Source: Planctomycetota bacterium (GTDB lineage Bacteria > Planctomycetota > UBA1135 > UBA2386). Taken from it: a stretch of DNA of 38,449 bases. The notes beneath the pieces are model-generated. The model searched no databases, was not told the DNA's origin, and was given only the letters and a program-made list of their open reading frames with translations. Location: assembly GCA_041164325.1 (NCBI GenBank), contig JBEAPQ010000110.1, positions 1 to 38,449 of the forward strand, in the 5' to 3' direction. A program made the translations under genes and the position numbers. Every line of letters begins with the position of its first letter. Positions within the stretch are counted from its first letter, which is position 1. This document shows positions 36,907 through 38,449 of this stretch, one piece after another.

Positions 36907-36997
36907 GCGTGCGAGGCCCCGAAACTCCGGTGCCAAGGTCAAGTCGGCGCCCCATCGTGCCGATGACCGGAGAACCCCGTTCCCCGGAGACCCTCCC

Positions 36998-38449
36998 ATG
37001 CTCGCGAGTCTGATCGCCCTGGCCCTGTCCCAGGCCGCTCCCGGTCCGTCGATTTCGCCGCAGGCCGGAGACCAGGCACTCGACCGTGTCCGCCTGGTCG
37101 TCGGCACGGAGCTGACCGGTCGGATCCGCGTGGAGACGGCGGACTACGTGGAGATCGAGCTCGGACCCGGAACGGTCATCGGGCTCGCGACCGCGAAGAT
37201 CGCGGAGATCGTCCGCGCTGCCGAGGCCAGCGCCGCGCCGGCTGCAGGGGAGCCTGCGGACGCGACCTGGTCCCGCACGGCGACCTTCGAGGCCCGGAAC
37301 GACTGGTACGTCGTCCATGACGCGGAAGGCCGGGTCGTGGGCCGCATGCACGCCACGCTCGCACCCGCGGACGACGGCGGGTGGCGGATCGGCGAGGAGT
37401 GGACGTTCACCGACCAGGACCGCACCGTCGAGACGACTCGTCTCGATGCGATCGATGCGGACGGTCTCCCGCGGTCGACGTTCCATCATGAGCGGGTCCG
37501 CGCGACGACGGGGGAGCTGTCCGCCGACCGGGTCGTCCGCGCGGTGGTCGACGGCGACACGCTGCGCGTCCACATCCGGTCGAACGACGGGGCCGAGACC
37601 AAGACCTACCGGGTCCAGGAGGGCCTCCGCTTCCCGCTGGAGCTGCGCCACGAGCTCCGGCGTCGCTGCGCGGGAGAACAGGGTGAGCAGACGCACCCGG
37701 TCTTCGACCCGACGCACCGCGAGTTCGAGCGGGTCCAGGTCCAGTTCGGCGCGGTGCGCCGCGTTGCGGGCAAGGGGGGCGAGGCGTTGCCGGTGCGAGA
37801 GCTCCGCGCGTCGACGACCCGTGGTCACAACGCCGAGTGGCTCGATGGCGGTCCGGCACCCGTGCGTCGTGAGGTGGCAGGGCCTGCGCTCGTTGCCGTG
37901 CGCGTGGCCAGCGAGAGCGAGGCGCACGCGCTGAAGGGAGCGGTGTTCCCCCCGGCGTTCCGATCGGAGAGCGGCGGAGCGTTCGGGCTCTGGCTCCCGA
38001 ACCCCGGTTGGCGATTCGTCGGGGAGGCCGGCCAGAACGAAGTCGTTGCCGAGCTGCCGCACGAACGTGCGTCGCTGGCGCTGCTGCGGCTGCCGCAGCT
38101 GGACGCCGGTCTCGGGCTGGACTCCGCGGCAGATGCCGTCATGCGGTGGATGCAGTGGGCCTATCCGGAGCTGATCGAGAACGGCCGCACGGCCGGGACG
38201 GTCCGGGCGTCGACGCCGGTGATGGAAGTCCGCGCCACGGGCACGACGGCGGCCGGCGAGACGACGCAGCTCTGGGTGCACGTGCTGCAGGTCGACGGAG
38301 CCTGGTTCGCTTCCTGCGCCGCAGCCCCACGCCCCGCGTTCGATCGACTCGAAGACGAGTTCCGGTGGTTGGTCGAGAGATTCGAGCTTCGGCGCGCGGG
38401 TTTCGACCCGGGCTCCGACTGCGTGAAGGCCTGGGCAGGGAGCGGGCGG
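36998..38449 (+). CDS. Hypothetical secreted multidomain protein, truncated by the window end
   Basis: Not in the ORF track because it has no stop. ATG 36998 gives MLASLIALALSQ, then a small beta domain DRVRLVVGTELTGRIRVETADYVEIEL, with the frame open to the end. GGAG lies upstream. Confidence 0.75.
   Translation, partial: MLASLIALALSQAAPGPSISPQAGDQALDRVRLVVGTELTGRIRVETADYVEIELGPGTVIGLATAKIAEIVRAAEASAAPAAGEPADATWSRTATFEARNDWYVVHDAEGRVVGRMHATLAPADDGGWRIGEEWTFTDQDRTVETTRLDAIDADGLPRSTFHHERVRATTGELSADRVVRAVVDGDTLRVHIRSNDGAETKTYRVQEGLRFPLELRHELRRRCAGEQGEQTHPVFDPTHREFERVQVQFGAVRRVAGKGGEALPVRELRASTTRGHNAEWLDGGPAPVRREVAGPALVAVRVASESEAHALKGAVFPPAFRSESGGAFGLWLPNPGWRFVGEAGQNEVVAELPHERASLALLRLPQLDAGLGLDSAADAVMRWMQWAYPELIENGRTAGTVRASTPVMEVRATGTTAAGETTQLWVHVLQVDGAWFASCAAAPRPAFDRLEDEFRWLVERFELRRAGFDPGSDCVKAWAGSGR

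Overview
High-GC (roughly 70% by eye) bacterial chromosomal segment, most likely from a Planctomycetota genome. That is inferred from a stand-alone CoaB, an FtsK with a long acidic tail, a long HlyD-type adaptor, HEAT-repeat proteins and many lipoproteins. It is mainly housekeeping DNA. Left to right: a GT4 glycosyltransferase; an AT-richer divergent intergenic region with a DnaA-box cluster; a HEAT-repeat protein; a LysM lipoprotein / exported methyltransferase / MBL hydrolase cluster; psd; argJ; a cyclophilin lipoprotein with a Cys4 insertion; an ICMT/PEMT-family gene pair; an FMN-binding glutamate-synthase-like protein; and a secreted repeat protein. These are followed by an argR-C-B-D-F-G-H-A operon with tandem ARG boxes; YccA/BI-1, thioredoxin-fold, NTF2-like and hypothetical genes; a TolC-HlyD-ABC (MacAB-TolC-like) exporter; and coaB-ftsK-nrnA-metallophosphoesterase-cutA plus a truncated secreted protein. 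I found no rRNA, tRNA, CRISPR array, transposase or prophage, and no clear novel multi-gene system. The best leads are the candidate oriC-like DnaA-box region, the cyclophilin Cys4 insertion, a short GAGYSTGTGAC terminal-repeat family at gene ends (including a 98-bp MITE-like element after ftsK), structured intergenic elements and unusual domain additions.
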